The position numbers and the translations under genes were made by a program. The notes below the pieces were generated by a model. It searched no databases and had not been told where the DNA came from. It saw only the letters and a program-made list of their open reading frames with translations. 64,000 bases of DNA from Nitrospira sp. (GTDB lineage Bacteria; Nitrospirota; Nitrospiria; Nitrospirales; Nitrospiraceae): positions 92,996 to 156,995 of the forward strand of contig JAVYIN010000007.1 of NCBI GenBank assembly GCA_035968315.1, in the 5' to 3' direction. Below are positions 17,462-27,470 of the stretch, piece after piece; position 1 is the stretch's first letter, and every line of letters starts with the position of its first letter.

Positions 17462-17901
17462 GGGCTCTCTGTATGCTGATTGAGCGGTATAAACGTTCGA
17501 TAATGGTCGCCGGTATAGTAGGCGTTGCCGGTGCGTTGCTCAATCACGATTCGTTCCGCGTCTCGTGATTGGCCTCGGACCTTCGGGTTCACGTCGTATT
17601 CCCGGTACCGGCCTGGAGGCAACCGTCGCTCTCGATTGTTGAAGTCCCGGCCTCCGACATAGCCGGGTAACGGCACTCCGTTTCGGTCTCGCAGGATCTT
17701 GAGCAGATCGTGCGCCTTCTGGGGGATGTCCGCGTGCTGCGAGGCACGGGGCCGGTCTTCCTGCTGGGGCTGAAGGGGCTGCTCCGGTGCGAGGATCCCG
17801 GCAAGGGAACCCGGTGCCCATGAAGCCAGGGCGATCAGCCCGAGAAACACACAGGCGAGGAACTGACTCGCAACAGAGTGACGCCAACGATTCCAGCGCA
17901 T
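17458..17901 (-). CDS. Secreted barnase / RNase Sa-type guanyl-specific ribonuclease
   Basis: FNNRERRLPPGRYREYDVNPKVRGQSRDAERIVIEQRTGNAYYTGDHYRTFIPL aligns with the barnase catalytic region (FSNREGKLP...WREADIN...R..DRI...YKTTDHYQTF). Signal-like MRWNRWRHSVASQFLACVFLGLIALASWA follows ATG 17901; the track start is 17964. Confidence 0.8.
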   Translation of the reverse strand: MRWNRWRHSVASQFLACVFLGLIALASWAPGSLAGILAPEQPLQPQQEDRPRASQHADIPQKAHDLLKILRDRNGVPLPGYVGGRDFNNRERRLPPGRYREYDVNPKVRGQSRDAERIVIEQRTGNAYYTGDHYRTFIPLNQHTESP

Positions 17902-18129
17902 GGTGAACAGGTCCTGGTGAGGCGACGAGTGAGTGACCGTACCACGCTGACTGGAGCCGGTCAAACCATGCGGCGGCTGTTTGTGGCAAGTCCTTTGCGG
18001 TCATCCAAGGCCTGGGTTAGAATGCCGTTCGATATGGAGACAGGTACGTAGAGCCAGTGAGTGGGGCCAATCCAGTCGATACGACGACCCCTGTAGATCC
18101 GACGCCAATGTGATGTGAGACTGTGACGC

Positions 18130-19590
18130 ATGACCGCTGCCATGCGGAGAGCGAAAATCGTCTGTACGATCGGTCCGGCCAGCCGTGATCCCGCGATGCT
18201 GGATCGGTTGATTGACGCCGGCATGAACGTCGCGCGCCTGAATTTTTCCCATGGCTCGCAGGAGAGTCACGCCGCCACGCTAGAAGCCATTCGGGCCACG
18301 GCAGACCGCCGCCACGCGGCGATCGCCGTGCTGCAAGATCTTCAGGGGCCGCGTATTCGCCTCGGCACTCTTCCGGATGCGGGGGTCGAACTGACGGTCG
18401 ATCAACGGGTCAGGCTGGTGGGGGGCTTGCTGCGGTCGGGCGGACAGATCGGCGCACAGACGGTGGCGCCGGCCCTCACGATCGACCTGCCGGTCACCTA
18501 TCCGCAACTGGCGAGAGACGTCCGGCCCGGCGCCAGAATCTTGATCGACGACGGCCGCATTGAACTGCTGGCCTCGTCGGTGTCAGGCGGAACCGTCGAA
18601 TGCCGGGTGATCACCGGCGGGCTGGTGACCTCGCAGAAAGGCATGAACCTTCCCGGTACGGTGGTCAGTGCTCCCACATTGACGGAGAAAGACCGGGCGG
18701 ATATCCGGTTCGGCGTCGCGCATCAGGTCGATTACCTGGCCCTGTCGTTTGTCCGGGGACCGGAAGACATCGACGCGGCGCGCGAGTTCGTGCGCGCCTG
18801 TGGCGGCGATCAGCCGATTATTGCCAAGATTGAACGGGCCGAAGCCATTGCGTCGCTCGGCGCGATTCTGGATGCGGCCGACGGCGTCATGATTGCGCGC
18901 GGCGACCTCGGTGTTGAAATGGGACCGGAGGCGGTGCCGGTACTGCAAAAGCGGATCATTCTGGACGCCAACCGCCGCCGCCGGGTCATCATTACGGCCA
19001 CGCAGATGCTGGAATCGATGATGATGCAGCCGGTGCCGACCAGGGCTGAAGCCTCCGATGTGGCCAACGCTATTTTCGACGGGACCGATGCGGTCATGCT
19101 CTCCGGTGAGACGGCGCGGGGCCGGTATCCGGTGGAGACGGTCGCCGTGATGGATCGTATTGTTCGGGCGGCGGAAGCGGAGCGGCGTCTCGTGCCGGCC
19201 GCTGACCGGCCGACGGGAGAGACCGAGACGATCGCGGAAGCGATGTGCCGCGCGGCCGCGTCGGCTGCCGCGACCACGGGGGCCGTTGCGCTGGCGGTGT
19301 TGACGGAATCGGGCATGACGGCACGGCTCTTGTCGAAACAGCAACCGGCGGCCCCGATTGTGGCCTTCACACCGCATGAGCCGATCCGCCGCCGCATGGC
19401 CCTGTATTGGGGAGTGATCCCACGGCTGATGCAGTGGATGCCGGATTCCGACGAGCAGGTGACGGAGATCGATCGCCGATTGAAAACCGACCGGCTGGCT
19501 GTCGCCGGCGATCGGGTGGTGTTGCTGGCGGGGACCGTGGCCGGCCGGCCCGGCGGAACGAACGTCATGAAGCTGCAGGTGATTCAATAG
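18130..19590 (+). CDS. pyk: Pyruvate kinase
   Basis: RRAKIVCTIGPAS, MNVARLNFSHG, IIAKIE, MIARGDLGVE and MLSGETA motifs. Confidence 0.93.
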   Translation: MTAAMRRAKIVCTIGPASRDPAMLDRLIDAGMNVARLNFSHGSQESHAATLEAIRATADRRHAAIAVLQDLQGPRIRLGTLPDAGVELTVDQRVRLVGGLLRSGGQIGAQTVAPALTIDLPVTYPQLARDVRPGARILIDDGRIELLASSVSGGTVECRVITGGLVTSQKGMNLPGTVVSAPTLTEKDRADIRFGVAHQVDYLALSFVRGPEDIDAAREFVRACGGDQPIIAKIERAEAIASLGAILDAADGVMIARGDLGVEMGPEAVPVLQKRIILDANRRRRVIITATQMLESMMMQPVPTRAEASDVANAIFDGTDAVMLSGETARGRYPVETVAVMDRIVRAAEAERRLVPAADRPTGETETIAEAMCRAAASAAATTGAVALAVLTESGMTARLLSKQQPAAPIVAFTPHEPIRRRMALYWGVIPRLMQWMPDSDEQVTEIDRRLKTDRLAVAGDRVVLLAGTVAGRPGGTNVMKLQVIQ

Positions 19591-19596
19591 GAGCGC

Positions 19597-20151
19597 GTGT
19601 TGGTGATGCCACTGAGATACCGTCTGCTCATTCTCATTCTCCTGCTGAGTGGCCCTGTGTGCGCGCTGGCGCAGAGCGGGTCGCTCGATCAATCGCCGAC
19701 CACCATCGTAAAGCGGTACGTGACCCTCGACAAGAAGGGGGCGCGCATGGATGCCATGTCGTTCGAGACGCTGGTGCCGTATATTGATTGGTATGAGGAG
19801 CCGGTCTGGGGCCGGGTCGTGGTGATCAGCGACGTGACGGTGCCTGAGGACTACCGGCAGTGGGAGGTGGTCAACAAGCTCGAAGTCGTCATCCCCGCTA
19901 CGTTTCATGTGTTGGGGGCGGTGTACCTCGAAACGGCCGCGTTCGTGCCCGAAGCCACGACCGAGGAGGTGCGTTTTCGTGTCAAGGAAGTGCGGAGCAA
20001 GTGGCGGATCGTGGAGCCGATGATCCCGCCGCATGTCGGGCTGAAACGCATGATCGACTTGGCCCGTGAAGCGGAACTCAAGGAAACAGACGCCGAGAAG
20101 CGCCGCACCCTGGCGGCGCTGGGCGCGACATTGCGAAAGGTCACACCATGA
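19597..20151 (+). CDS. Hypothetical secreted protein
   Basis: 184-aa ORF with a signal-like N-terminus LLILILLLSGPVCALA. No family recognised. Confidence 0.5.
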   Translation: MLVMPLRYRLLILILLLSGPVCALAQSGSLDQSPTTIVKRYVTLDKKGARMDAMSFETLVPYIDWYEEPVWGRVVVISDVTVPEDYRQWEVVNKLEVVIPATFHVLGAVYLETAAFVPEATTEEVRFRVKEVRSKWRIVEPMIPPHVGLKRMIDLAREAELKETDAEKRRTLAALGATLRKVTP

Positions 20152-20795
20152 CGAAGACCCCGGTCGATCTGCTGATTTTCGATCTCGACGGCACGCTCAT
20201 CGAATCCAAATGGGACATCGCCCATTCGGTCAATCTCACGCTAGTCGAGCTGGGCCTGCCGGAACGCCCGCTGGAGGAAATATTCGGCTTTGTCGGCGAC
20301 GGGGTAAAGAAGCTGCTGCGGCTGGCCGTTGGGGAGCGCGAGGGCGTCAGTTTCGATGAGGCGTTGAAGGTCTTTCGCGGACACTACCTTGACCATTGCC
20401 TGGATCGGACGGTCTTCTACCCCGGCATCGAGCCGATGCTCCGGCATTTCGCACACAAGCAGAAGGCGGTGGCGACCAACAAAGCCATCGAGTACACGCA
20501 GGTTATTTTGAACGGGTTGGGCGCGCAGCATTTTCATTATGTCGTCGGCGGGGATAACGGATTCGGGCTCAAGCCGGAACCCGGCATGTTGCTGCATATT
20601 CTGGAGCAGATGAACGTGCCGAAAGACCGCGCCATTCTGGTGGGGGACAGTACGAACGATATCAATGGCGGGCACAACGCCGGCATCCGGGTCTGCGCCG
20701 TCGGCTACGGCATGGGCAACCGGGAGAAAATGGCGGCGTGCCAGCCCGATTGGTTCATTGAACGGCCGGAACAACTGATGGAGATTTTTCAATGA
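20148..20795 (+). CDS. HAD-superfamily hydrolase, phosphoglycolate phosphatase-like
   Basis: LLIFDLDGTLIES (DxDGT), ATNK and VGDSTNDINGG motifs. The start overlaps the upstream stop (ATGA). Confidence 0.8.
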   Translation: MTKTPVDLLIFDLDGTLIESKWDIAHSVNLTLVELGLPERPLEEIFGFVGDGVKKLLRLAVGEREGVSFDEALKVFRGHYLDHCLDRTVFYPGIEPMLRHFAHKQKAVATNKAIEYTQVILNGLGAQHFHYVVGGDNGFGLKPEPGMLLHILEQMNVPKDRAILVGDSTNDINGGHNAGIRVCAVGYGMGNREKMAACQPDWFIERPEQLMEIFQ

Positions 20796-22387
20796 TGAGA
20801 GAAACCTCGCTCCTCTCGCGTCACGCGTCACGCGTCACCGTGCTGTGCCTCGCGCTGATCGTCAGCCTGAGCCTCAATCTCGATCTCTTATTTGCGGCGT
20901 CGCCAAGCCTGGCCGATCGGGTCATCGAGCACAAGCTGGCCAACGGGCTGACGATCCTCATGGTCGAGCGCCATCAAACGCCGGTGGTGTCCATCAACAT
21001 CACGTTCGGGGTGGGCGGCGTCAACGAGCAAATCGGGCAAACCGGCATCGCCCATCTTTACGAGCATATGGCGTTCAAAGGGACGCGGACGGTCGGGACG
21101 AAAGACTATGAGAAAGAGAAACCGCTGCTCGACGAGCTGTCCCGCGCCGGCACGCTCCTCGACCAGCGGCAGCGCGAGGTGGCCAAGAAGGGGGCAGGGG
21201 CGACGGCGGAGGACCAGGCCGAGATCGAGGCGCTGCAAAAGCGCGTCGCCGATCTGCAAACCCAAGCCGGACAATATGTGGTTGGCAACGAAATGGCCTT
21301 GCTCTATCAGCGGCACGGGGGAGTCGGCCTCAATGCCTCCACGGGAAAAGATCTGACGCGGTACACGATCAGCCTGCCGGCCAACCGCTTGCCGCTCTGG
21401 GCGGCGATCGAAGCCGATCGCATGGCCAGTCCGGTGCTCCGTGAATTCTACAAAGAGCGCGGCGTCGTCATGGAAGAGCGCCGGCTGCGCAACGACGACA
21501 GCCCCAACGGCCTGCTGTTCGAGACCTTTACCTCCGCAGCCTTCCGCGCGCATCCCTACGGGATTCCGACCATCGGCTGGGGATCGGACATTCTCTCGCT
21601 CACTCCGGCGGAGACCGAAGCCTTCTTCAAGACCTATTACGGGCCGAACAATGCGACCATCGCGCTGGTCGGCGACGTGAATCCGAAGGAGGTCATCGCC
21701 CTCATTGAGCAGACGTTCGGCAAGATTCCCGCAGCCCCGCAGGCGCCGGCCATTGTCACGGTTGAGCCGGAACAGCGCGGGGAACGGCGTGTGGAAGTGG
21801 AATTCGACGCCGAACCGATCGTGGCCATCGGCTATCACAAGCCGAGTCTGGGCCATCCTGATGACGAGGTCTTCGACGTGATCGATGAGATTCTGACCGA
21901 CGGGCTCACTTCCCGCTTGCAGACCAAACTGGTGCGCGAGAAGCGGCTGGCTGCGTCCGTGGGCTCCGATGCCAACTATCCGGGCGTGGGCGCGCCCAAT
22001 CTGTTCATCCTTACGGCGACGCCGCTCGCGCCCCACACGGCGGCCGAAGTGGAAGCGGCGCTGTATGAGGAATTGGACCGGCTGAAGACCGAACCGGTGC
22101 CGGCCAAGGAATTGGAAAAGATCATCAACAATATCGATGCCGATCTGGTGCGGACGCTCCGCTCGAACAGCGGCCTCGCGTCGCAACTGGCCTTGTACCA
22201 GACCGTGGCGCGGGATTGGCGCCATGTTTTGACATCGCGGGACCGGGTCGCGGCGGTCACGCCGGCGGATATTCAACGGGTCGCGAAACAGTATTTCATC
22301 AAATCCAATCGCACGGTGGGGACGCTTGTGAAAAAACTGAACGGGAAAACGATGGCGGCAATGCCGGGCAGTGAGGTGGCGCGATGA
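20792..22387 (+). CDS. M16 (pitrilysin/insulinase) family zinc peptidase, active-site subunit
   Basis: Inverted zinc motif HLYEHMAFKGT (HxxEH). Signal peptide present. Overlaps neighbours by 4 nt on both sides. Confidence 0.85.
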   Translation: MMRETSLLSRHASRVTVLCLALIVSLSLNLDLLFAASPSLADRVIEHKLANGLTILMVERHQTPVVSINITFGVGGVNEQIGQTGIAHLYEHMAFKGTRTVGTKDYEKEKPLLDELSRAGTLLDQRQREVAKKGAGATAEDQAEIEALQKRVADLQTQAGQYVVGNEMALLYQRHGGVGLNASTGKDLTRYTISLPANRLPLWAAIEADRMASPVLREFYKERGVVMEERRLRNDDSPNGLLFETFTSAAFRAHPYGIPTIGWGSDILSLTPAETEAFFKTYYGPNNATIALVGDVNPKEVIALIEQTFGKIPAAPQAPAIVTVEPEQRGERRVEVEFDAEPIVAIGYHKPSLGHPDDEVFDVIDEILTDGLTSRLQTKLVREKRLAASVGSDANYPGVGAPNLFILTATPLAPHTAAEVEAALYEELDRLKTEPVPAKELEKIINNIDADLVRTLRSNSGLASQLALYQTVARDWRHVLTSRDRVAAVTPADIQRVAKQYFIKSNRTVGTLVKKLNGKTMAAMPGSEVAR

Positions 22388-23859
22388 GGCAGGCAAGAGG
22401 CAAGGGGCAAGAGGCGAGGGGCGTGGGAATGCTGGGTCTATTTAGTGTGGCTGTGCTGGTGGCAGGTGCTGTCACCACGGCCTGCGCGGGAGGGCCGGCG
22501 CTCAGCGATCCGCGGACGATGACGTTCAAGCCGGTCGAGTTTACGCCGCCGGAGCCGGACCGTGTCGTGCTCGACAATGGGATGGTGGTGTATCTCCTGG
22601 AAGATCATGAGCTGCCGCTTGTCACGGTCACGGCCACGATGAAGACCGGATCGTGGCTCGATCCGGCGGACAAGGTGGGGTTGGCCGCTCTGACCGGGGC
22701 GCTCATGCGGACCGGTGGCGGGGGCGGCCTGACGCCGGAGCAGGTGGATGAAGAGTTGGAGCACTTTGCCGGGGATGTCAGCATCTCGATCGGGCACGAA
22801 TCAGGCTCCGCCTCGCTCGATGTGCTGAAGAAGGATCTCACGCGGGGCCTCCAGATTTTTGCCGGGCTGCTGCGGGCGCCGGCGTTCGATCAGGAGCGGG
22901 TGGAGATTGCCAAGCTGCAGGCCCTCGAAGGCATCCGCCGCCGGCAGGATAGCCCCGGATCCGTCGTGGGCCGGGAGTTCATGAAATTGCTCTACGGGCC
23001 GGAGCATCCGTCCGCGCGGGAAACCTCCCTCGCCTCGATCACGCGGATCACCCGCGACGATCTCGTGGCGTTTCACCGGAGCACGGTTCATCCCAACGGC
23101 ATCATTCTGGGCATCACCGGCGATTTTCAGAAAGCGGAGATGCTGGCGGCCTTGCGTGCCGCGTTCGGGGATTGGGCCAAAGGCCCGCTGCCGGAATTGA
23201 AGATTGCCGACGTGCCGGAGCGCGACAGCGCCACCCCGGCGATCCGGTTTGTGAACAAAGAAACGTCGCAGACCCATCTTCGTGTGGGCCACTTGACGAT
23301 TCGGGAGAACGATCCGGATTACGTGGCGCTCGCGATTGCCAACGATATTCTGGGCGGGAGTTCCTTCCGCAGCCGGCTCTTTAACGACGTGCGGACGAAG
23401 CGTGGCTTGGCCTATTCCGTCGGCAGCCGGCTGAATTCCGGCGTGCACGATCAAGGGGTCTGGCTCATGCGGGCGGAGACGAAGTTGTCCTCGACGCAGG
23501 AAGTGGTGAGCCGGTTCGTGGCCAATATCGAACGGATGCGCACGGAACTCGTCACCGACCAGGAATTAGCCGAGGCGAAAGAGGCCTACGTCAATTCGTT
23601 TGTCTTCTCGTTCAGCAGTCCGTCGGCGATCGTCAGCCGGCTGGTGGACTTGGAGTACGACGGACTGCCCAAGGATTTTCTCCAGCAGGTGCGTGACCAC
23701 GTGCTGAAACTGACCAAGGAGGAGGTGCTGGCTGCGGCCAAGAAGCATCTCCATCCGGACCGCCTCAAGATCGTGGCTGTCGGCTCCGGCGAAGCGCTGC
23801 CGAAAGTGCTCTCCACGTTTGGAGAAGTGAAAGAGATCAAGCTGAGTCCGGAAGGGTGA
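22384..23859 (+). CDS. M16 family peptidase-like protein (no HxxEH seen; probably a non-catalytic partner)
   Basis: 491-aa ORF with M16 C-domain-like sequence. I could not find HxxEH. It is translationally coupled to the upstream M16 gene. Confidence 0.75.
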   Translation: MRQARGKGQEARGVGMLGLFSVAVLVAGAVTTACAGGPALSDPRTMTFKPVEFTPPEPDRVVLDNGMVVYLLEDHELPLVTVTATMKTGSWLDPADKVGLAALTGALMRTGGGGGLTPEQVDEELEHFAGDVSISIGHESGSASLDVLKKDLTRGLQIFAGLLRAPAFDQERVEIAKLQALEGIRRRQDSPGSVVGREFMKLLYGPEHPSARETSLASITRITRDDLVAFHRSTVHPNGIILGITGDFQKAEMLAALRAAFGDWAKGPLPELKIADVPERDSATPAIRFVNKETSQTHLRVGHLTIRENDPDYVALAIANDILGGSSFRSRLFNDVRTKRGLAYSVGSRLNSGVHDQGVWLMRAETKLSSTQEVVSRFVANIERMRTELVTDQELAEAKEAYVNSFVFSFSSPSAIVSRLVDLEYDGLPKDFLQQVRDHVLKLTKEEVLAAAKKHLHPDRLKIVAVGSGEALPKVLSTFGEVKEIKLSPEG

Positions 23860-24031
23860 GGGAATGGCCGGAGGCGGGGGGCGTTCTCTTGCTCGCGCCC
23901 CGCGCACGCAGGATCAATGGACGTCTCATCGAAGGGGGCGGTGCTCGGTGCATGCGCGCAGTAAGAACGACCCCCTCCTCCCGCCTTGGAGAGGATAGGG
24001 GAAGAAAGATCATAACGGGTGATCGGTTGGC

Positions 24032-24874
24032 ATGCCCTTAGAAGACGAGCTCTGTGACATTCTGAAAAAGTCCCGGACCGGGCAGGGCCTTTCCGTCGTG
24101 GATGTCGCGCGGATGACGGGCCTGCCTGGCGGCGACATCACGGCGCTGGAGCGCGGCGATCCGCCGCGCGATCGCATGGAGGTGCGGGCGCTGGCGAAGG
24201 CGCTCGGGCTTCGTCCCGGGCCGCTGGAACAAATCGCCATCGAGAAGTGGGAACCGCTTGCCCAGGAACTGCCTGCCTGGGTTCACAGGATCGAGGGCTC
24301 GATCAATGGCTATGGGGTGCAGGGCTATATCATTCATGACGAGGGCGACGCGCTGCTGATCGACACGGCCTACAATGCTCCGGCGATGATCGAGTGCTTG
24401 TCCATGCATCGGCTGAAGCTGGTCGGCATTGGTCTGACGCACGGTCATGCGGACCATGCCGATGGCATCGAGCAGCTTCTACGGTTTCGCGAGGTGCCGG
24501 TGTATCTCGGGGCGGAAGATGTCGCGCTGCTCAGCTGGCGGCCTCCCGCCGCGCAACTCCATGCGCCGGAGGATGGACACACGATCGCGGTCGGGCGTCT
24601 GCGCGTCCAGTGCCTGGCAACGCCGGGTCATACTCCCGGCGGGGTCTGCTATCGAGTGGATGATCCGAACGCGCCGCTCTGTTGTGTCGGCGATACGTTG
24701 TTTGCCGGGTCCATCGGCCGCTCGAATCCCGGTTCGTTGTATCAGACCCATCTCGCATCGGTCCGGACCCGAGTCCTCGGATTGCCCCCGGCCTATCGCC
24801 TGCTGCCGGGACATGGACCGGCCACGACCGTCTCAGAAGAACTTACCCACAATCCATTTTACGCGGCCTCCTAG
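24032..24874 (+). CDS. MBL-fold metallo-hydrolase (glyoxalase II-like) with an N-terminal XRE-type HTH segment
   Basis: LTHGHADHADG (HxHxDH) and TPGHTPG motifs. N-terminal LKKSRTGQGLSVVDVARMTGL..ITALERG resembles an HTH. Confidence 0.8.
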   Translation: MPLEDELCDILKKSRTGQGLSVVDVARMTGLPGGDITALERGDPPRDRMEVRALAKALGLRPGPLEQIAIEKWEPLAQELPAWVHRIEGSINGYGVQGYIIHDEGDALLIDTAYNAPAMIECLSMHRLKLVGIGLTHGHADHADGIEQLLRFREVPVYLGAEDVALLSWRPPAAQLHAPEDGHTIAVGRLRVQCLATPGHTPGGVCYRVDDPNAPLCCVGDTLFAGSIGRSNPGSLYQTHLASVRTRVLGLPPAYRLLPGHGPATTVSEELTHNPFYAAS

Positions 24875-24882
24875 GAGTTCAG

Positions 24883-25854
24883 ATGACTGATGACCGGCGG
24901 AGGACGAGCGGCCCTCTCGATGAGGGGATCGACCCGCCGTTCGCCGGCGAGCCCATGGCGGACGACGATGAGTATATTGAATCGTCGTTCTCGCGCTATG
25001 TGCTGCCTGTCGGACTGTTTGCGCTCACGGTCTTTACGACCCTCTGGGCCGGGGCCTACCAAGATCAACCCAATCTGTTTCATCCGCTTCGCGGGGCGTG
25101 GGAGTTTCTAGTTGAGCGGCCAGGCGACTTGGTCAAGGGGATTCCCTTTGCCGCCACGCTCTTGCTGATCTTGGGTACGCACGAACTGGCGCATTTTCTT
25201 TGCTCCAAGTGGCATGGTGTTCCGGCCTCGCTGCCGCTCTTTATTCCGGGGCTGCCAGTGCTGGTCGGTACGTTTGGCGCGATCATCCGGGTGCGCGGAC
25301 AAATCCTGGAGCGCAAGGCGCTCTTCGATATTGGCATTTCCGGTCCCCTGGCGGGGTTTGCCGTCGCGCTGGTGGCGCTGGTGGCGGGGCTGTCCTGGTC
25401 GCAGGTGGAAATCGGGGTCAGCCCCACCAGCCCCTTTCTGGTAGGCCGGTCGCTGCTCATCGATTGGGGGGTGGCGTGGGTATTCGGCGAGTTGCCGCGC
25501 GGCGCGAGTATCAATTTGCACCCGGTTGCCGAGGCGGCCTGGTTCGGGCTTTTCGTGACCTGTCTCAATCTGATTCCGATCGGGCAGCTCGACGGCGGGC
25601 ATGTGGCCTATGCCTTGTGGGGCAGGGCTCAGCGGACCATTGCCCTGGGCGTGATCCCCATTCTGCTGCTGCTGGGCTACGTGGGCTGGCCAGGCTGGTG
25701 GTTGTGGGTCGTCTTGTCGAGTCTCTTGGGCGTGGCCCATCCGCCGATACCCTCTCCCCGGTCGCCGCTTGGCGTATTGCGTATCGGGCTCGGCTGGGCC
25801 ACGGTTGTCCTGTTTGTACTCATTTTTACGCCCTTCCCTATTGTGACTCGCTGA
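24883..25854 (+). CDS. M50 (site-2 protease) family membrane metalloprotease
   Basis: HELAHFLCSKWHGV (HExxH) and NLIPIGQLDGGH (M50 second motif). I prefer ATG 24883, because the track start 24682 would overlap the MBL gene. Confidence 0.85.
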   Translation: MTDDRRRTSGPLDEGIDPPFAGEPMADDDEYIESSFSRYVLPVGLFALTVFTTLWAGAYQDQPNLFHPLRGAWEFLVERPGDLVKGIPFAATLLLILGTHELAHFLCSKWHGVPASLPLFIPGLPVLVGTFGAIIRVRGQILERKALFDIGISGPLAGFAVALVALVAGLSWSQVEIGVSPTSPFLVGRSLLIDWGVAWVFGELPRGASINLHPVAEAAWFGLFVTCLNLIPIGQLDGGHVAYALWGRAQRTIALGVIPILLLLGYVGWPGWWLWVVLSSLLGVAHPPIPSPRSPLGVLRIGLGWATVVLFVLIFTPFPIVTR

Positions 25855-25903
25855 TTCCACACAAATTCTTGCCGGATGGGACGCTTCGCCCTAGCATGCA
25901 GGC

Positions 25904-26650
25904 ATGGATGCCGTCGAAGCCTCACCCCACTCCTGCCCCAAGTGCCGGGCCGATCGGTCTGATACGGCGATCGAATGTGCGCGGTGCGGGGTTATCTTCT
26001 CAAAATATCGTCCATTGCCGGCTTACGTCCTTGGACCGGCTCCAGCTGTGAGCGAGTCCCGGTGGATGCCCATGGCGCGAGCATGGCTGATCGAATCTGA
26101 TCAGGCGGCCGATTCCATGACGCTCATGGGGCGGGGACTGGTCTTTGTCCTAATGGTGTGGTGGGGCCTGAAATTTATCGTCACGCCGCTCGAAACGAAC
26201 TATACGGGAGAGTCGTTCCTGCATCTCATCAATCTCCCATTCCATGAAGCCGGGCACCTGATCTTCAGTCCCTTCGGCCGGTTCATGATGATCCTCGGCG
26301 GAAGCCTGGGGCAGGTGCTGATGCCGCTCATCTGTCTCGGCACGTTCCTCGTGAAGACCCGCGATCCATTCGGAGGATCGGTGGCGCTCTGGTGGACGGC
26401 GGAGAGTCTCATGGACGTGGCGCCCTATATCAACGACGCGCGAGCCATGGACCTGATGCTGTTAGGCGGAGTGACAGGGAAAGAAACCGACGGGCATGAC
26501 TGGAACAATCTGCTCACGATGCTTGGCTGGCTGCCATGGGACCATCGCCTGGCGCATCTGGCCTACAACCTCGGCATCGTGCTGATGCTGGCCTCCTTCG
26601 CGTGGGGCGGCTGGCTGCTCCTGCGCCACTACCGGCGCCAACAGGGGTAG
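25904..26650 (+). CDS. Membrane protein with an N-terminal zinc ribbon and an HEAGH motif (M50B-like putative metalloprotease)
   Basis: CPKCR...CARCG ribbon; FHEAGHLIFSPFG lies in a hydrophobic context. Confidence 0.5.
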   Translation: MDAVEASPHSCPKCRADRSDTAIECARCGVIFSKYRPLPAYVLGPAPAVSESRWMPMARAWLIESDQAADSMTLMGRGLVFVLMVWWGLKFIVTPLETNYTGESFLHLINLPFHEAGHLIFSPFGRFMMILGGSLGQVLMPLICLGTFLVKTRDPFGGSVALWWTAESLMDVAPYINDARAMDLMLLGGVTGKETDGHDWNNLLTMLGWLPWDHRLAHLAYNLGIVLMLASFAWGGWLLLRHYRRQQG

Positions 26651-26667
26651 CCTCCCATTCCGAGAGA

Positions 26668-27291
26668 CTAACCGGCCTGAGGCCGGTCCGTCGCGCGCCG
26701 CAACAACGGGGTGCGATGCAGGAACGGAGGTCCCAGCGGAACCAATTGATGGCCCGTAAAGGCTTGAGTCAGGCTGGCGACGGCGTGATAGAAGGCCATG
26801 AATCCCACGATGAGGTGGAGAATGCCCGGTAGCGTTTCGCCGATGATGTTGAGCCGCGCCAGCACGGTGGAGGAAAAGGAAACGGTAATGACGATGTGGA
26901 GAATGCACAGCGTGGCGTTCCTGTAGGCCGTCAGATAGACCATGACCAGGGAAAAGGCGGCATACACGAAATTGATCGGGGCAAACAGGACCATATCGAG
27001 ATGGAAGGAGGTGCCTTCGCTGACCAGTTTCGCGATGGAGACGGTGAGCCAGAAGAATCCGTACATGGTCAGGGCCGTGCCGCCCAGCTGCTCGTGGTAG
27101 CGGATATCGGTGATGCCGGCCAGAATCTGCACGACCCCTCCGAACATCAGGGCGATCACCAGGGTGCCGACTTTATTGGAGTCGGGAATGCCGCCCATCT
27201 GCGCGATCCCCAAGGTCAAGGCGCCGACCGCGAGACCGAATAACCCGATCGCCAGCACATCAATTCGACGATGATGCTCTCCGCCGCTCAT
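26668..27291 (-). CDS. GPR1/FUN34/YaaH (AceTr, SatP-like) acetate/succinate channel family protein
   Basis: Six hydrophobic segments. GGVVQILAGI...YGFFWLT... and the C-terminal LVPLG align with E. coli SatP as I remember it. Confidence 0.65.
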   Translation of the reverse strand: MSGGEHHRRIDVLAIGLFGLAVGALTLGIAQMGGIPDSNKVGTLVIALMFGGVVQILAGITDIRYHEQLGGTALTMYGFFWLTVSIAKLVSEGTSFHLDMVLFAPINFVYAAFSLVMVYLTAYRNATLCILHIVITVSFSSTVLARLNIIGETLPGILHLIVGFMAFYHAVASLTQAFTGHQLVPLGPPFLHRTPLLRRATDRPQAG

Positions 27292-27470
27292 AGGGCCCCT
27301 CCCTTGATGGTCTTACGAAGGCCGCCGTTCCCCAATGGTGCGAGCGACCGGCTGCCGCCAATCGGCGCCCAGCATGCCTGAGGGGCTCTTGAAAAGACAA
27401 GCGCCCTGCGGCAGACTGCCTTCTCATCTGTGATCGAACAAGCCGCGATCGTGCGGAGGAAAGGATCACC

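Noticed and set aside
23876-23905. A GC-rich hairpin (GCGGGGGGCG...CGCGCCCCGC) after the second M16 gene, considered as an intrinsic terminator.
   Set aside because: The stem is good (9/10) but no T-tract follows. It may still attenuate transcription, but I cannot support a terminator call.
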